Made by a program: the position numbers and the translations under genes. From a bacterium (GTDB lineage: Bacteria > Hinthialibacterota > Hinthialibacteria > Hinthialibacterales > Hinthialibacteraceae): DNA of 28,384 nt. Below, in pieces: positions 1-8,640 of the stretch. The stretch is taken from assembly GCA_041946805.1 (NCBI GenBank), contig JBHGBC010000072.1, positions 1-28,384 of the forward strand, written 5' to 3'. Positions within the stretch are counted from its first letter, which is position 1. Every line of letters begins with the position of its first letter. Below the pieces are notes generated by a model. It was not told the origin of the DNA, searched no databases, and saw nothing but the letters and a program-made list of their open reading frames with translations.

Positions 1-2
1 TG

Positions 3-698
3 ATGGACGCGATCGACGCCGGCCTGCGCGAGACCACCAACGGGAGGGTGGACCACCGCTACATCATCGACGTCGTGCGCAACCTGGGGCCGGAAATCGG
101 GATGGAGATGATCCGGGAGGTGGAAAGACATCCCGTTGACCGGGTGGTGGGCATTGGCCTGGGGGGCAGCGAGGATTTCCCGGCGGAGGATTCGGCGGCC
201 ATCTACGAGTATGCCGGAGCGATCGGCCTGCGCAAGACCGCCCATGCGGGGGAGGGCCGGGGGCCGGATTCCATCTGGGGGGCGATCCGCTCGTTGAAAG
301 TGGAGCGGATCGATCACGGCGTGCGCTCGCGGGAGGATCCGGCGTTGATGGAGTACCTGGCGGAGCACAAGATGCCGCTCAATCTGTGCCCCACCAGCAA
401 TGTCATGCTGGGGGTGGTTCCCAGCCTGGAAGAGCATCCCTTCCGGTTCTATCACGAGCGCTGCATTCCCGTGAACGCCGGCACGGATGATCCCACCTTT
501 TTCAAGGTTTCCCTCACGGAAGAATTGAGCAAACTGATCCACTACCAGGGCTTTCGGCCGGAAGAAATTCCCCTCTTCATCGAAAACGCCATCCAGGCTT
601 CATTCCTGGAACACTCTGCCAAGCAATCCCTTCTCACTCGCTTTGGGGACGAGATCCGTGCGCTGACGCGGGAGTCGCCACCGTCCGGGGAAGCGTAA
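3..698 (+). CDS. add: Adenosine/adenine deaminase, C-terminal part (truncated at window start)
   Basis: Amidohydrolase motifs in the expected order: GIGLGG, TAHAGE, ERIDHG, LCPTSN, GTDDP. The frame is open from the window edge. Confidence 0.9.
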   Translation: MDAIDAGLRETTNGRVDHRYIIDVVRNLGPEIGMEMIREVERHPVDRVVGIGLGGSEDFPAEDSAAIYEYAGAIGLRKTAHAGEGRGPDSIWGAIRSLKVERIDHGVRSREDPALMEYLAEHKMPLNLCPTSNVMLGVVPSLEEHPFRFYHERCIPVNAGTDDPTFFKVSLTEELSKLIHYQGFRPEEIPLFIENAIQASFLEHSAKQSLLTRFGDEIRALTRESPPSGEA

Positions 699-3600
699 GC
701 GGCTCATTGGGCCGGGTGAATTCCCGCGTGTTGTATTCCACCATGTACTGGAGATTTTCGTCCGTCAGGGGATATTCCTCATCCGGCCCGAACGGATAAG
801 CGGACATCCCCCGGAAGGGCAGCGGTTCCACCTGTTGGCTGTATGCGGTGCTGTAATCCAGGTCTTTCACCCAGCCCACGGCGTGCAGGAAGTAGGTGAC
901 ATCGCCGGGCGTCTCGCTTGGGGGGGCCTGGAAACGCACCGCGGCCTCATCGCCATGCTGCATGATGACATAGCGGTCGTCGAACGCGGTGAGCAGCGGC
1001 GTCACGTCGCCGAAGCGGGTGAAGAATCCCCGGTGATAATCCCACCGCGCGTTGGTGGTGAGTGTGTTGTAGTCGAACCAGTGCGGGCCGTCTTGCGCCA
1101 GATCGTAGCAGCGCGCGTAGCCGCCATAGCGCAGATCGGCGGACACATACGGATAATGCCGCACCGCGAAGCCGTCCAGAATGGGGCTGGGATCCACCCA
1201 AATCCGGTCCCAGTGCACCAGCAGGGTGGAGACGATGCGGACCGTCCGGTCCGGGCCTTTGAAGATGTTTGAAATATCCAGCGGCACGGTCTTGAGTTTT
1301 CCGGCGGGGAAGCCCATGGGATTGAGCACCGTCACCCACGCGCCGGTTTCATCCTTCACTTGCAGATAGGGCATGACGAAATCCAGGGAGGGATTCTGCT
1401 CCAATGACAGGGCGTGGCTGGAGTTAGGCCAATCGACATAGCCGGTCATGAACAGGTAGAGGGTTTTCGCGTCCCGGAAATCGTTCAAGTCGATCTCGAA
1501 CCAATGCTCCTCGCCGATGCCATCATACCGGCTGGGTTTCCAGGGTTTGGGATAGCGGCGGTCGTTCTCGCGGATCAGTTCCGTGACGTCCTCGCCGTGG
1601 TTGTCGGTCATTCGTCGCGGTGGCCGGGCGTTGGCGGACAGGCCGATGAGTTTGAACTCGGGGAACGGCGGCAGGGTGAACTTTTCGTTGACATGGATTT
1701 CCCGGGCGTCCGGATGAGTGGCGGAAAGCAGTTCCATCTGGTCGAGATAGGTGATCTCGCGCAGTTCTTCGCGCATCAGGACATTGAAAAATCCATCCTT
1801 CGGCTTCATCTGCGCGCCGCGGATCCGAATGTATTCATCCGGGCGGGGCGGGAAAAATCCCCCGCCGACATAAAGCCCCAACGGCCCGGTGGAGAGGGAA
1901 TCGGCGATGAACTCGTACTCGCGGCCGTTCCAGGTATAGACGAAGGGACACGATCCCGCGTAGCCGGGCTTTTCGCTGACGGAAAGGATCTGGTCCGAGG
2001 CCACCAGGATCTCATTCTGGAAGATGCCATTCGGCCAGGTGAGGCGGATGACGTTGACTTTTTCACGGTTGCCCAAGCCCATGTGAGTCACGGGCGCCGC
2101 CACTTCCTTCTTCACCCGGAACAAGTCGTGCTTGACCTGGATTTTCGAGCCGTAACCGTCCACCGTGTTTTTACTGCCCTGGATCTTGAGGGCGAGCCAG
2201 TGATTTTGGTTGCCTCCCTGGTTTTCGAACACTACGATGCCGGGAGTCTCCCCGCGGCGCGTGGCCAGTAGATCGAGATCGCCGTCCCAATCGAGATCCA
2301 CAGGCACGGGATCCTCGAACTGTACCATCTGGGATGGGGGCGTGGTGGAATCCGCCGCGAACGCGTCATCCACCTTCTGGAACGGCTCGGGAGAATGGTT
2401 GTACACGAGAAAGTTGGGAAGCATGATGCGCAGCCGGGGATTGGACCCGGTCACGATATCCTCAAATCCATCATTATTGGCGTCGAATACGCATTGAATC
2501 ACGCTGCTGGCCGCGCTGGACGTCAAAGCGAGAGGCGCCAGGTTTTCCCCTTGCGGCCGCCAGGCCACGGGGCCTTCCGCGTTCAAGCCGGTAATGGTGA
2601 TGTCCATCCCGCCGTCGTTGTCGAAGTCCCGGCAGAGGATTTTCGGTTGCAACGCCGCGCTCTGGATTTCGGCTATAAGCCATTTTTGGAATTTCACTTC
2701 ACGCAGGTTGGCGTAGATCGTGAGGTTTCCCGCGGACCATGCGAGGATGTCCAAGTCGTTGTCGTTATCGAGGTCGGAAGCCGCAAGAGACTGGCTTTTG
2801 CCCAACTCCAAGCCGCTGACTTTGCCGGACACGGGGGTGAAACTGCCATCCCCGTTGTTTTGAAAGATCATATCGCCCTTGTCCGGCCGGGCCAGGAGCA
2901 AATCGAGATCGCCTTCGTGGTCGAAATCGCACCACAGCGCGTCCGCCACGCCCGCCAGGTCATTTCCCAGTATGGTACTGACATCCTGGAACGCCCAATT
3001 CCCCTGGTTCCGCAGCAATACGGTTTTTTCCTCCACCGGACCGGTGGGAGTGGACTTGGCCAACAGCAGCAGGTCCGTGTCCCCATCGTTGTCGTAGTCG
3101 GCGGGAGCGCATCCTGTCCAACCGGATCCGGGCAGCGGGACGGCGCGGGCCGCTTCGCCATTGGCGGAAACAATCATCAATATCGTCATGGTGGCGTTGG
3201 AGATCACTACGGCCGATTCGCGTTTCTCGATGTCCGGCAGGGCGGCCAGGAAGCGGCCGTCTCGGGAACCGAGGGCTTGAACAATTGGTTGCGTCCATGA
3301 GGTATTCGGGGTGAAATTCACGCGCAGGCCGGAGGTGAAATGGGGCAGGGAAGCAAGGGGCAAATCGAATTCGATGGGGCCCATGAACTTGCCTTCGTCC
3401 ACGGCGTCGGCGGGTCGTTGCGGCTCGGTTTTCTTGAGTTCCTGGAAGATCTTTTGCTGTTCACGGGCGCGCGCCATGTCCTTCTTGGTGACCGCGTAAT
3501 ACAAGAACAAGCGGTAATAGGCGCTGGAGTGCCTGGGATCGATCTGGATGGTCTTTTCGAACCACCCGGCGGCTTCGTCATCACGTTTCAATTTGGTCAA

Positions 3601-4029
3601 GGAGAGTCCCAAGTTATACAAGGTGGCGGCGTCGGATGGATCGCGTTCGGCGGTGCGTTGAAAATATTCCACGGCGTGGGTGGAGTCGCCAATTTTTTTG
3701 GACGCCAGCCCCAAGTTGTAGAAGGCGAACACGTTGGCGGGATCGAGTTCCAATCCTTGCTTCAGGATCCGGATACTTTCCTCATTTTGATCGCCATGGT
3801 AATGGGCGATGCCCAGGTTGATGACGTCGGAGGCCGAGCGGGGGGCCAGGGCCACGGCCTGTTGGCAGGCCTCGATGGCCGCGGGGAAGTTTTCTTCCTC
3901 CATGTAGGCCAGCCCCAGGGCGCGGTACCGGTCGAGCTCCGGATTCAAGGCCGGCTTCTCGGCGGGCAACACACGCATTGGATACAAACCGAATCCCACA
4001 AGGATGACGGTGAACCATATCCTGCGCAT
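634..4029 (-). CDS. Secreted TPR + FG-GAP/VCBS repeat + ASPIC/UnbV domain protein (CRTAC1-like), 1131 aa
   Basis: Hydrophobic N-terminal signal peptide and several TPRs (e.g. AFYNLGLA, TLYNLGLSL). Repeated DxDxDGDxD loops: ADYDNDGDTDLL, DFDHEGDLDLL, DLDNDNDLDIL, DFDNDGGMDI, DLDWDGDLDLL. UnbV-like NHWLALKIQG...HMGLG...WPNG, then a GSCPFVYTWNG C-terminal domain. Confidence 0.85.
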   Translation of the reverse strand: MRRIWFTVILVGFGLYPMRVLPAEKPALNPELDRYRALGLAYMEEENFPAAIEACQQAVALAPRSASDVINLGIAHYHGDQNEESIRILKQGLELDPANVFAFYNLGLASKKIGDSTHAVEYFQRTAERDPSDAATLYNLGLSLTKLKRDDEAAGWFEKTIQIDPRHSSAYYRLFLYYAVTKKDMARAREQQKIFQELKKTEPQRPADAVDEGKFMGPIEFDLPLASLPHFTSGLRVNFTPNTSWTQPIVQALGSRDGRFLAALPDIEKRESAVVISNATMTILMIVSANGEAARAVPLPGSGWTGCAPADYDNDGDTDLLLLAKSTPTGPVEEKTVLLRNQGNWAFQDVSTILGNDLAGVADALWCDFDHEGDLDLLLARPDKGDMIFQNNGDGSFTPVSGKVSGLELGKSQSLAASDLDNDNDLDILAWSAGNLTIYANLREVKFQKWLIAEIQSAALQPKILCRDFDNDGGMDITITGLNAEGPVAWRPQGENLAPLALTSSAASSVIQCVFDANNDGFEDIVTGSNPRLRIMLPNFLVYNHSPEPFQKVDDAFAADSTTPPSQMVQFEDPVPVDLDWDGDLDLLATRRGETPGIVVFENQGGNQNHWLALKIQGSKNTVDGYGSKIQVKHDLFRVKKEVAAPVTHMGLGNREKVNVIRLTWPNGIFQNEILVASDQILSVSEKPGYAGSCPFVYTWNGREYEFIADSLSTGPLGLYVGGGFFPPRPDEYIRIRGAQMKPKDGFFNVLMREELREITYLDQMELLSATHPDAREIHVNEKFTLPPFPEFKLIGLSANARPPRRMTDNHGEDVTELIRENDRRYPKPWKPSRYDGIGEEHWFEIDLNDFRDAKTLYLFMTGYVDWPNSSHALSLEQNPSLDFVMPYLQVKDETGAWVTVLNPMGFPAGKLKTVPLDISNIFKGPDRTVRIVSTLLVHWDRIWVDPSPILDGFAVRHYPYVSADLRYGGYARCYDLAQDGPHWFDYNTLTTNARWDYHRGFFTRFGDVTPLLTAFDDRYVIMQHGDEAAVRFQAPPSETPGDVTYFLHAVGWVKDLDYSTAYSQQVEPLPFRGMSAYPFGPDEEYPLTDENLQYMVEYNTREFTRPNEPLTLPRTVATPASAHGSRPQSE

Positions 4030-4431
4030 AATAAGCCTCTCCCCGGATTAAAGTTATTCCATGTCGTGCCGGGCGGTTATATTACTGATTTCCCAAGGCG
4101 ATTCCAAGACAAACCGCGCGTTTTTATGGGGGGGCGTTCCGAGAGTGATAAAATTCGGCCTGGTTGCCAACCCTATCCCCTGGATTCAAATGGATCTTCA
4201 AGAATCCGTCAGAGAAGTCAGCGCGGCGCGTAATCCATCATTATCCTGGTCATCCCGTACATGTGGACTATTCGGATTCAGAGGAATCACCCTCCGATAA
4301 AAAAATCCATTTCAGGGACATTATTTTCCATTCGGTTTTCAGGGAGAGTATGTAAAATGAAGAAATCTGTCCGTTTCTCAGATTGCACTGGAATGGAGTC
4401 GATTCCTTCCATGACCTTGGAGCCATATCGA

Positions 4432-5397
4432 ATGGAAAGCCACCTCGCGGTTGAGCAAGAACAACGGGTGGGCGATCCCCTGGTGGAACACCTGCTCGCT
4501 ATCGATGACGAAATCCGTTGGATCCTGAAAAAAGCGTTGGAAGAGGACTGCGGCGCGGGGGATGTCACCACCATGGCCACCATCGCGCCCGGCAAGATCG
4601 GTTCGGCCCGGATTGTCTGCAAACAGACGGGGGTTCTGTGCGGATCGCAACTGGTCGTCGAGGTTTTTAAATTAGTGGATCCAACCGTGAGGGTGGAGCG
4701 GTGGGCCAAGGAAGGCCAAACCCTCTCCAAGGGGCGAACGGTTTTCACCCTGGAAGGTTCCATGGGTTCGCTGCTCACCGGCGAGCGGGTGGCAGTGAAT
4801 TTCCTTTCCTTCTTGTCCGGCATCGCCACCACCACGTCCGAGCATGTCAAGGCCGTCCGCCATACCAAGGTGCGCATCACCGATACCCGCAAGACCACGC
4901 CCTTGTTCCGCCGCCTGGAAAAATACGCGGTGCGGGTCGGCGGCGGGGTCAATCACCGGATGGGCCTCTATGACATGGTGCTGATCAAGGACAACCACAT
5001 CGACAGTTGCGGCAGCATCGGAAAGGCCGTCGAGGCCGCCCGCCTGTGTTGGGGGAACGCGTACGCCATCGAAGTGGAGACCCGGAACCTGGAGGAAGTG
5101 CAAGAAGCCATCCGGGCCGGCGTGGACCGCATCATGCTCGACAACATGGATATCGACACGATGGCCGAAGCCGTCCGGCTGATCGACGGGCGGGTGGAAA
5201 CCGAGGCCTCGGGCGGCATCTCCCTCAACACGGTTTCGTTCGTGGCCGAAACCGGGGTGGATTACATTTCCATCGGTGGATTAACCCATTCCACCAAATG
5301 GCTCGATTTCACCATGTTGTTGGACAAGGAACGCACCGAGGCGAAAAACCACAACTCCCATCCCGCCGGCCACCTCACCCCCAACAGCAATTTGTAA
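4432..5397 (+). CDS. nadC: Nicotinate-nucleotide pyrophosphorylase (quinolinate phosphoribosyltransferase)
   Basis: Motifs ALEED..GDVTT, LLTGERVAVN, TDTRKTTP, NHRMGLYD, LIKDNH, IEVE, IMLDN, EASGGI, GVDYISIGGLTH. Start uncertain: ATG 4432 has GGAG 9 nt upstream; ATG 4357 is an alternative. Confidence 0.96.
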   Translation: MESHLAVEQEQRVGDPLVEHLLAIDDEIRWILKKALEEDCGAGDVTTMATIAPGKIGSARIVCKQTGVLCGSQLVVEVFKLVDPTVRVERWAKEGQTLSKGRTVFTLEGSMGSLLTGERVAVNFLSFLSGIATTTSEHVKAVRHTKVRITDTRKTTPLFRRLEKYAVRVGGGVNHRMGLYDMVLIKDNHIDSCGSIGKAVEAARLCWGNAYAIEVETRNLEEVQEAIRAGVDRIMLDNMDIDTMAEAVRLIDGRVETEASGGISLNTVSFVAETGVDYISIGGLTHSTKWLDFTMLLDKERTEAKNHNSHPAGHLTPNSNL

Positions 5398-5426
5398 TCC
5401 GTCCCAAACGGAAGCAGCCTCCCATG

Positions 5427-5460
5427 GTGGAAGGCGCCTTCCACTCCCGGCCGGTCCTAC
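5427..5460 (-). repeat. Perfect 18-bp palindrome GTGGAAGGCGCCTTCCAC (5427-5444) within a GTAG-led REP-like element
   Basis: The palindrome is read directly. The minus strand from 5460 begins GTAGGACCGGCCGG. Confidence 0.55.
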
Positions 5461-5478
5461 CATGCGTCTTCCAAGGAG

Positions 5479-5505
5479 GTCATCCCCGCGAGAGCGGGGA
5501 TCCAG
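5479..5505 (+). repeat. REP-like palindrome, GTCATCCCCGC-N4-GCGGGGATCCAG family (copy 1)
   Basis: GTCATCCCCGCGAGAGCGGGGATCCAG. A second copy at 7246-7272 differs only in the loop. Confidence 0.85.
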
Positions 5506-5509
5506 ACGT

Positions 5510-5542
5510 GTAGGGTGGGTCAGCGCGTAGCGCGTATCCCAT
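5510..5542 (+). repeat. GTAG-family REP-like element
   Basis: GTAGGGTGGGTCAGCGCGTAGCGCGTATCCCAT: a GTAG tetranucleotide followed by an imperfect hairpin. Confidence 0.65.
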
Positions 5543-5565
5543 TATGAGACACCTCTTACGCGCTT

Positions 5566-5599
5566 CCCCTCTCCCTCTGGGAGAGGGCCTGGGTGAGGG
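5566..5599 (-). repeat. REP-like element CCCTCACCC-NNN-CCCTCTCCCAGAGGGAGAGGG (copy 1, inverted)
   Basis: The reverse complement matches the copies at 7330 and 25473 at 30 of 33 positions. Confidence 0.9.
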
Positions 5600-5607
5600 A
5601 ATTTTTT

Positions 5608-5633
5608 AGAGGCGCGTGGCGGCGCCCCCCTAC
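5608..5633 (-). repeat. Degenerate GTAG-family REP-like element that contains the TAG stop of the GT-C gene
   Basis: Minus strand reads GTAGGGGGGCGCCGCCACGCGCCTCT, an imperfect hairpin. The stop codon at 5630-5632 is its TAG. Confidence 0.55.
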
Positions 5634-7192
5634 TTGGGTAACGCTTCTCGATCTTCGCAATTATGGAAATTCTCCCCCCTTTTCCCCCACACCATGTCCG
5701 TCAGATAAAATAGCCCCTCCCCCGTGGCGTAAGCCATAAACGGAAACAGATGGGCCACCGTGCGCCAGTCGAACGTCACCGGCGAGTGATTCAACATGGC
5801 GAGCACGAACGCCATGGGCCCCAGCAGCAAACCTACGGACAACAAAAATCCCCAATTCTCCGGATTCTTCACCCAGCGGATATACCCCACCAACGAGCAA
5901 CCGATCAGCGCCACCGAAAACGGCAAATAAAAGAGCCGCAACGCGAACCGCCCGAACAGAGTATCCAGAATCCCTTCCACGGTCAGCGCCAGGGATTTAT
6001 ACCAGGGATAAATCTGGAACATCACCTCACCGGCGGTGACGAACGGGACTTGGGACGTATCGGGCGCGCCGGTCCCGAAAACGGTCATGTAGTAGAACTT
6101 GTTGATGTGATAACTGCCGCTGTACATGGGATCGCCGTATTGTTGCCAGCAGTAGAAATAATATGGTGACGCCAGAACAAAACCCACCCCGGCGGCGATG
6201 GCGCATTCCCGCAGTGTCCGTTTTTTCGCGATCCAGGCCCAACCGAAAACGAGCGCCAGAAAGGGAATGCTGGCGGTGCGGATCAGCAGCAGAATCCCCG
6301 CGGCGATTCCCAGCGCGGTTCCTTGCCGGAAGGCGTTCCCCGGTTTTTCCGGCTTCCGCAAGGCTAGCCATAGGACGGCCAGGATGGCGACGGTGAGGAT
6401 TTCAAGCCGCAATCCTTGCAGCGAGCGGTAGATCAGCGCCTTGTTTAGTGCGGCCATCAAAGCGCCCAGAAACGCTACCCGGTGGGAGAAGAACTGCCGG
6501 CCCAATATGTACATCATCCCCACCACCGCGCCCGACGCCGCCACCGTGAACACCCGGATGGGCCAGTACCCGGTTTGCGCTGCCTGGCTGGGCACGGGGA
6601 TGAGAAACGACAGGAGATAATTGATCCAGGCCAAAAACGGCTCGCGGTGCCCGGTGTCGTAAAACCAGGTCATTTGCTGTGAGAGCTGGACATATTGAAT
6701 CACATCCGGCTGTAACGGTTGCGACCAGACATTGGGCAGTTTCTCCAATCGCAGGATCAACGCGATGAACACCAGTCCGGCCAGGATGATCCGCGATTGT
6801 TCGTTTGCCGTGCGTTCCTCATTCCAGGGATACACCAGCGCGAAAAGAACGAGAAACACCATCAAGGCCGTGGACCAGGAGATCACCAGCGCCGCGCCTC
6901 CCGCCAGAAACAATCCGGGAATCCATAGGGAGAATCCCGTGTTCCGGGTTTTTGGATGGAATCGATGAATCCATCCCAGGGCAAGGATTCCGAGGCATTT
7001 GAAGATCCAATCCGATTTTACGGATTGCACCGGAAAATCGTCATAAAAGGCATAGGCGGCGTCCCCGCTCGAAAACGACAGCCACGTGTAATCGCGGGTG
7101 GCTGGAGTGAGGCACGCGAACAATCCCCCCGCGGCCAGGAACGCGGCCAGCAGCACTTTCGCCCAAAATGCGCGCGTCAAATGAAGATTCAT
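5630..7192 (-). CDS. Polytopic membrane glycosyltransferase, GT-C fold (ArnT/PMT-like, GT39/GT83-like), 520 aa
   Basis: More than 10 hydrophobic segments; loop motif PDVIQY...GHREP; later GILLLIRT and SPYYFY...YGDP patterns typical of PMT_2-like proteins; adjacent to a GT2 gene. Confidence 0.75.
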   Translation of the reverse strand: MNLHLTRAFWAKVLLAAFLAAGGLFACLTPATRDYTWLSFSSGDAAYAFYDDFPVQSVKSDWIFKCLGILALGWIHRFHPKTRNTGFSLWIPGLFLAGGAALVISWSTALMVFLVLFALVYPWNEERTANEQSRIILAGLVFIALILRLEKLPNVWSQPLQPDVIQYVQLSQQMTWFYDTGHREPFLAWINYLLSFLIPVPSQAAQTGYWPIRVFTVAASGAVVGMMYILGRQFFSHRVAFLGALMAALNKALIYRSLQGLRLEILTVAILAVLWLALRKPEKPGNAFRQGTALGIAAGILLLIRTASIPFLALVFGWAWIAKKRTLRECAIAAGVGFVLASPYYFYCWQQYGDPMYSGSYHINKFYYMTVFGTGAPDTSQVPFVTAGEVMFQIYPWYKSLALTVEGILDTLFGRFALRLFYLPFSVALIGCSLVGYIRWVKNPENWGFLLSVGLLLGPMAFVLAMLNHSPVTFDWRTVAHLFPFMAYATGEGLFYLTDMVWGKRGENFHNCEDREALPK

Positions 7193-7245
7193 CCGATACC
7201 CTTCCAGGATTGGCTCTGATCTTAACCCAGAAGTCTTTTAAGAAT

Positions 7246-7272
7246 GTCATCCCCGCTGAAGCGGGGATCCAG
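7246..7272 (+). repeat. REP-like palindrome, GTCATCCCCGC-N4-GCGGGGATCCAG family (copy 2)
   Basis: GTCATCCCCGCTGAAGCGGGGATCCAG; arms identical to the copy at 5479. Confidence 0.85.
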
Positions 7273-7329
7273 GGCATTTTCCCGAGGAATAAACGCCTTC
7301 CGTGAGGTGGAAACGCGGCGAAAAGGCTT

Positions 7330-7362
7330 CCCTCACCCCAACCCTCTCCCAGAGGGAGAGGG
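7330..7362 (+). repeat. REP-like element CCCTCACCCCAACCCTCTCCCAGAGGGAGAGGG (copy 2)
   Basis: 32/33 identical to 25473-25505; contains the hairpin CCCTCTCCC-AGA-GGGAGAGGG. Confidence 0.9.
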
Positions 7363-7392
7363 AGTAGATACTTGCAGGGGCGGATCTAGGTG

Positions 7393-8640
7393 TCAGTCCG
7401 GTCGTCTTATTCCTTCCTCCGGCCTACCTTCAATCCTCCGTCCCCCCTCCTGGTTGTCGTTTCCCCGCAGGCGGATCACCAGGTCGATCACGAAATTCAA
7501 CGCGCCGATGGTGAGCATCTGCAGTCCGGCCAGCACCAGCAGGGCCCCGGCGGCGATGTAGATCCAGGAATGCTGGATTTTCCCCATCGACCAATATTCC
7601 CGCAGGGGCGCGAGATTGATCAGGAATCCCACCAGGATGGCCGCCAGCCCCAACGGCGCCAGGCTGGAGAGGATGCGGTTGTACAGCGTCAGAAATCGCG
7701 AGGTGTAATTGTGCAAATACAACGACATTTTCTGCCCCAGGAATCCAACATTCAGCAGCATCAATCCTCCCACGAAGAAAGTGATCAGCGACAGCATGCG
7801 GTAGATGCGGTCATCCGGGATTGTCTCCAGCACGAGCGCGTCGTGGATCAGCCCGGGCGTGTAGACCAGGCACAGCGCGAACAATCCCAGCGCGGCGGTT
7901 CCGAAAAAGTGCAGGGGGCGGTAGATGAGCGCCATCTCCAAAATGATGCGCAGAAACCGCACGCCGTCCTTCACCACGCTGAGCTTGGATTCGCCGATCC
8001 GTTCCGCGTAGGGCATCGGCACCTCGGCCAGCGTCAGGCCGGGGCGGAACAGCACTCGTGAGGTCATGGCCGGCGTGTAATGCAGCCCGTCCGGCAACGG
8101 CTCGATCTTGGAGAGCGAGGCGGCCTTCACCACCCGCATGCCGCTGGCGGTGTCGGTGATCCGCTGCTGCGCCAGCAGCCCCAGGAGCAGGGAATAAAGG
8201 CGGTTGCCCAACCGCCGGACAGCGGGCATTTCACTCTCCGGCCCCATGCGCGAGCCCAGGACCACGTCGTAATCCCCCTCTTTCTGTTTGAGGCACAGGG
8301 GAATGAAAAAGAGCGGATCGCAGGTGCCGTCCGCGTCCAGAAATCCGGCCAGCGTGGTGCGGCTTTCCCGGAAACCGTGCTTGATGGCCGCTCCGTAGCC
8401 GAGATTTTTTTCATGCCGCAGGACGCGGATTTCCGGCTCGTACCGGCTGGCTTTTGCGTGAGTTTGATCCGTGGAGCCGTCGTCCACCACGATGATGTCC
8501 ACCCGCCGCAGCCCGGTCTGCTGCTGGATGGGCGCGCGGGCCGCCAGACAGCGCTGGATGGTGGATTCGATCGCCTCCTCCTCATTCAACGCGGGGATGA
8601 CGATCGTCAAACCCTCTTCTCGCACGGTGGGGGATGGCAT
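7393..8640 (-). CDS. Glycosyltransferase family 2 (polyprenol-phosphate sugar synthase-like) with about four C-terminal TM helices
   Basis: Motifs IVIPALNEE, VVDDGSTD, NLGYGAA, FLDADG (DxD), DVVLGSR, ITDTASGMR, ERIGESKL; hydrophobic C-terminus. Start set at ATG 8640, which has GAGG upstream; 8673 is possible. Confidence 0.9.
   Translation of the reverse strand: MPSPTVREEGLTIVIPALNEEEAIESTIQRCLAARAPIQQQTGLRRVDIIVVDDGSTDQTHAKASRYEPEIRVLRHEKNLGYGAAIKHGFRESRTTLAGFLDADGTCDPLFFIPLCLKQKEGDYDVVLGSRMGPESEMPAVRRLGNRLYSLLLGLLAQQRITDTASGMRVVKAASLSKIEPLPDGLHYTPAMTSRVLFRPGLTLAEVPMPYAERIGESKLSVVKDGVRFLRIILEMALIYRPLHFFGTAALGLFALCLVYTPGLIHDALVLETIPDDRIYRMLSLITFFVGGLMLLNVGFLGQKMSLYLHNYTSRFLTLYNRILSSLAPLGLAAILVGFLINLAPLREYWSMGKIQHSWIYIAAGALLVLAGLQMLTIGALNFVIDLVIRLRGNDNQEGGRRIEGRPEEGIRRPD

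Noticed and set aside
5398..7399. Repeats as a possible CRISPR array or IS ends
   Set aside because: There is no regular repeat-spacer periodicity, no cas gene or transposase, and no target-site duplication was seen.
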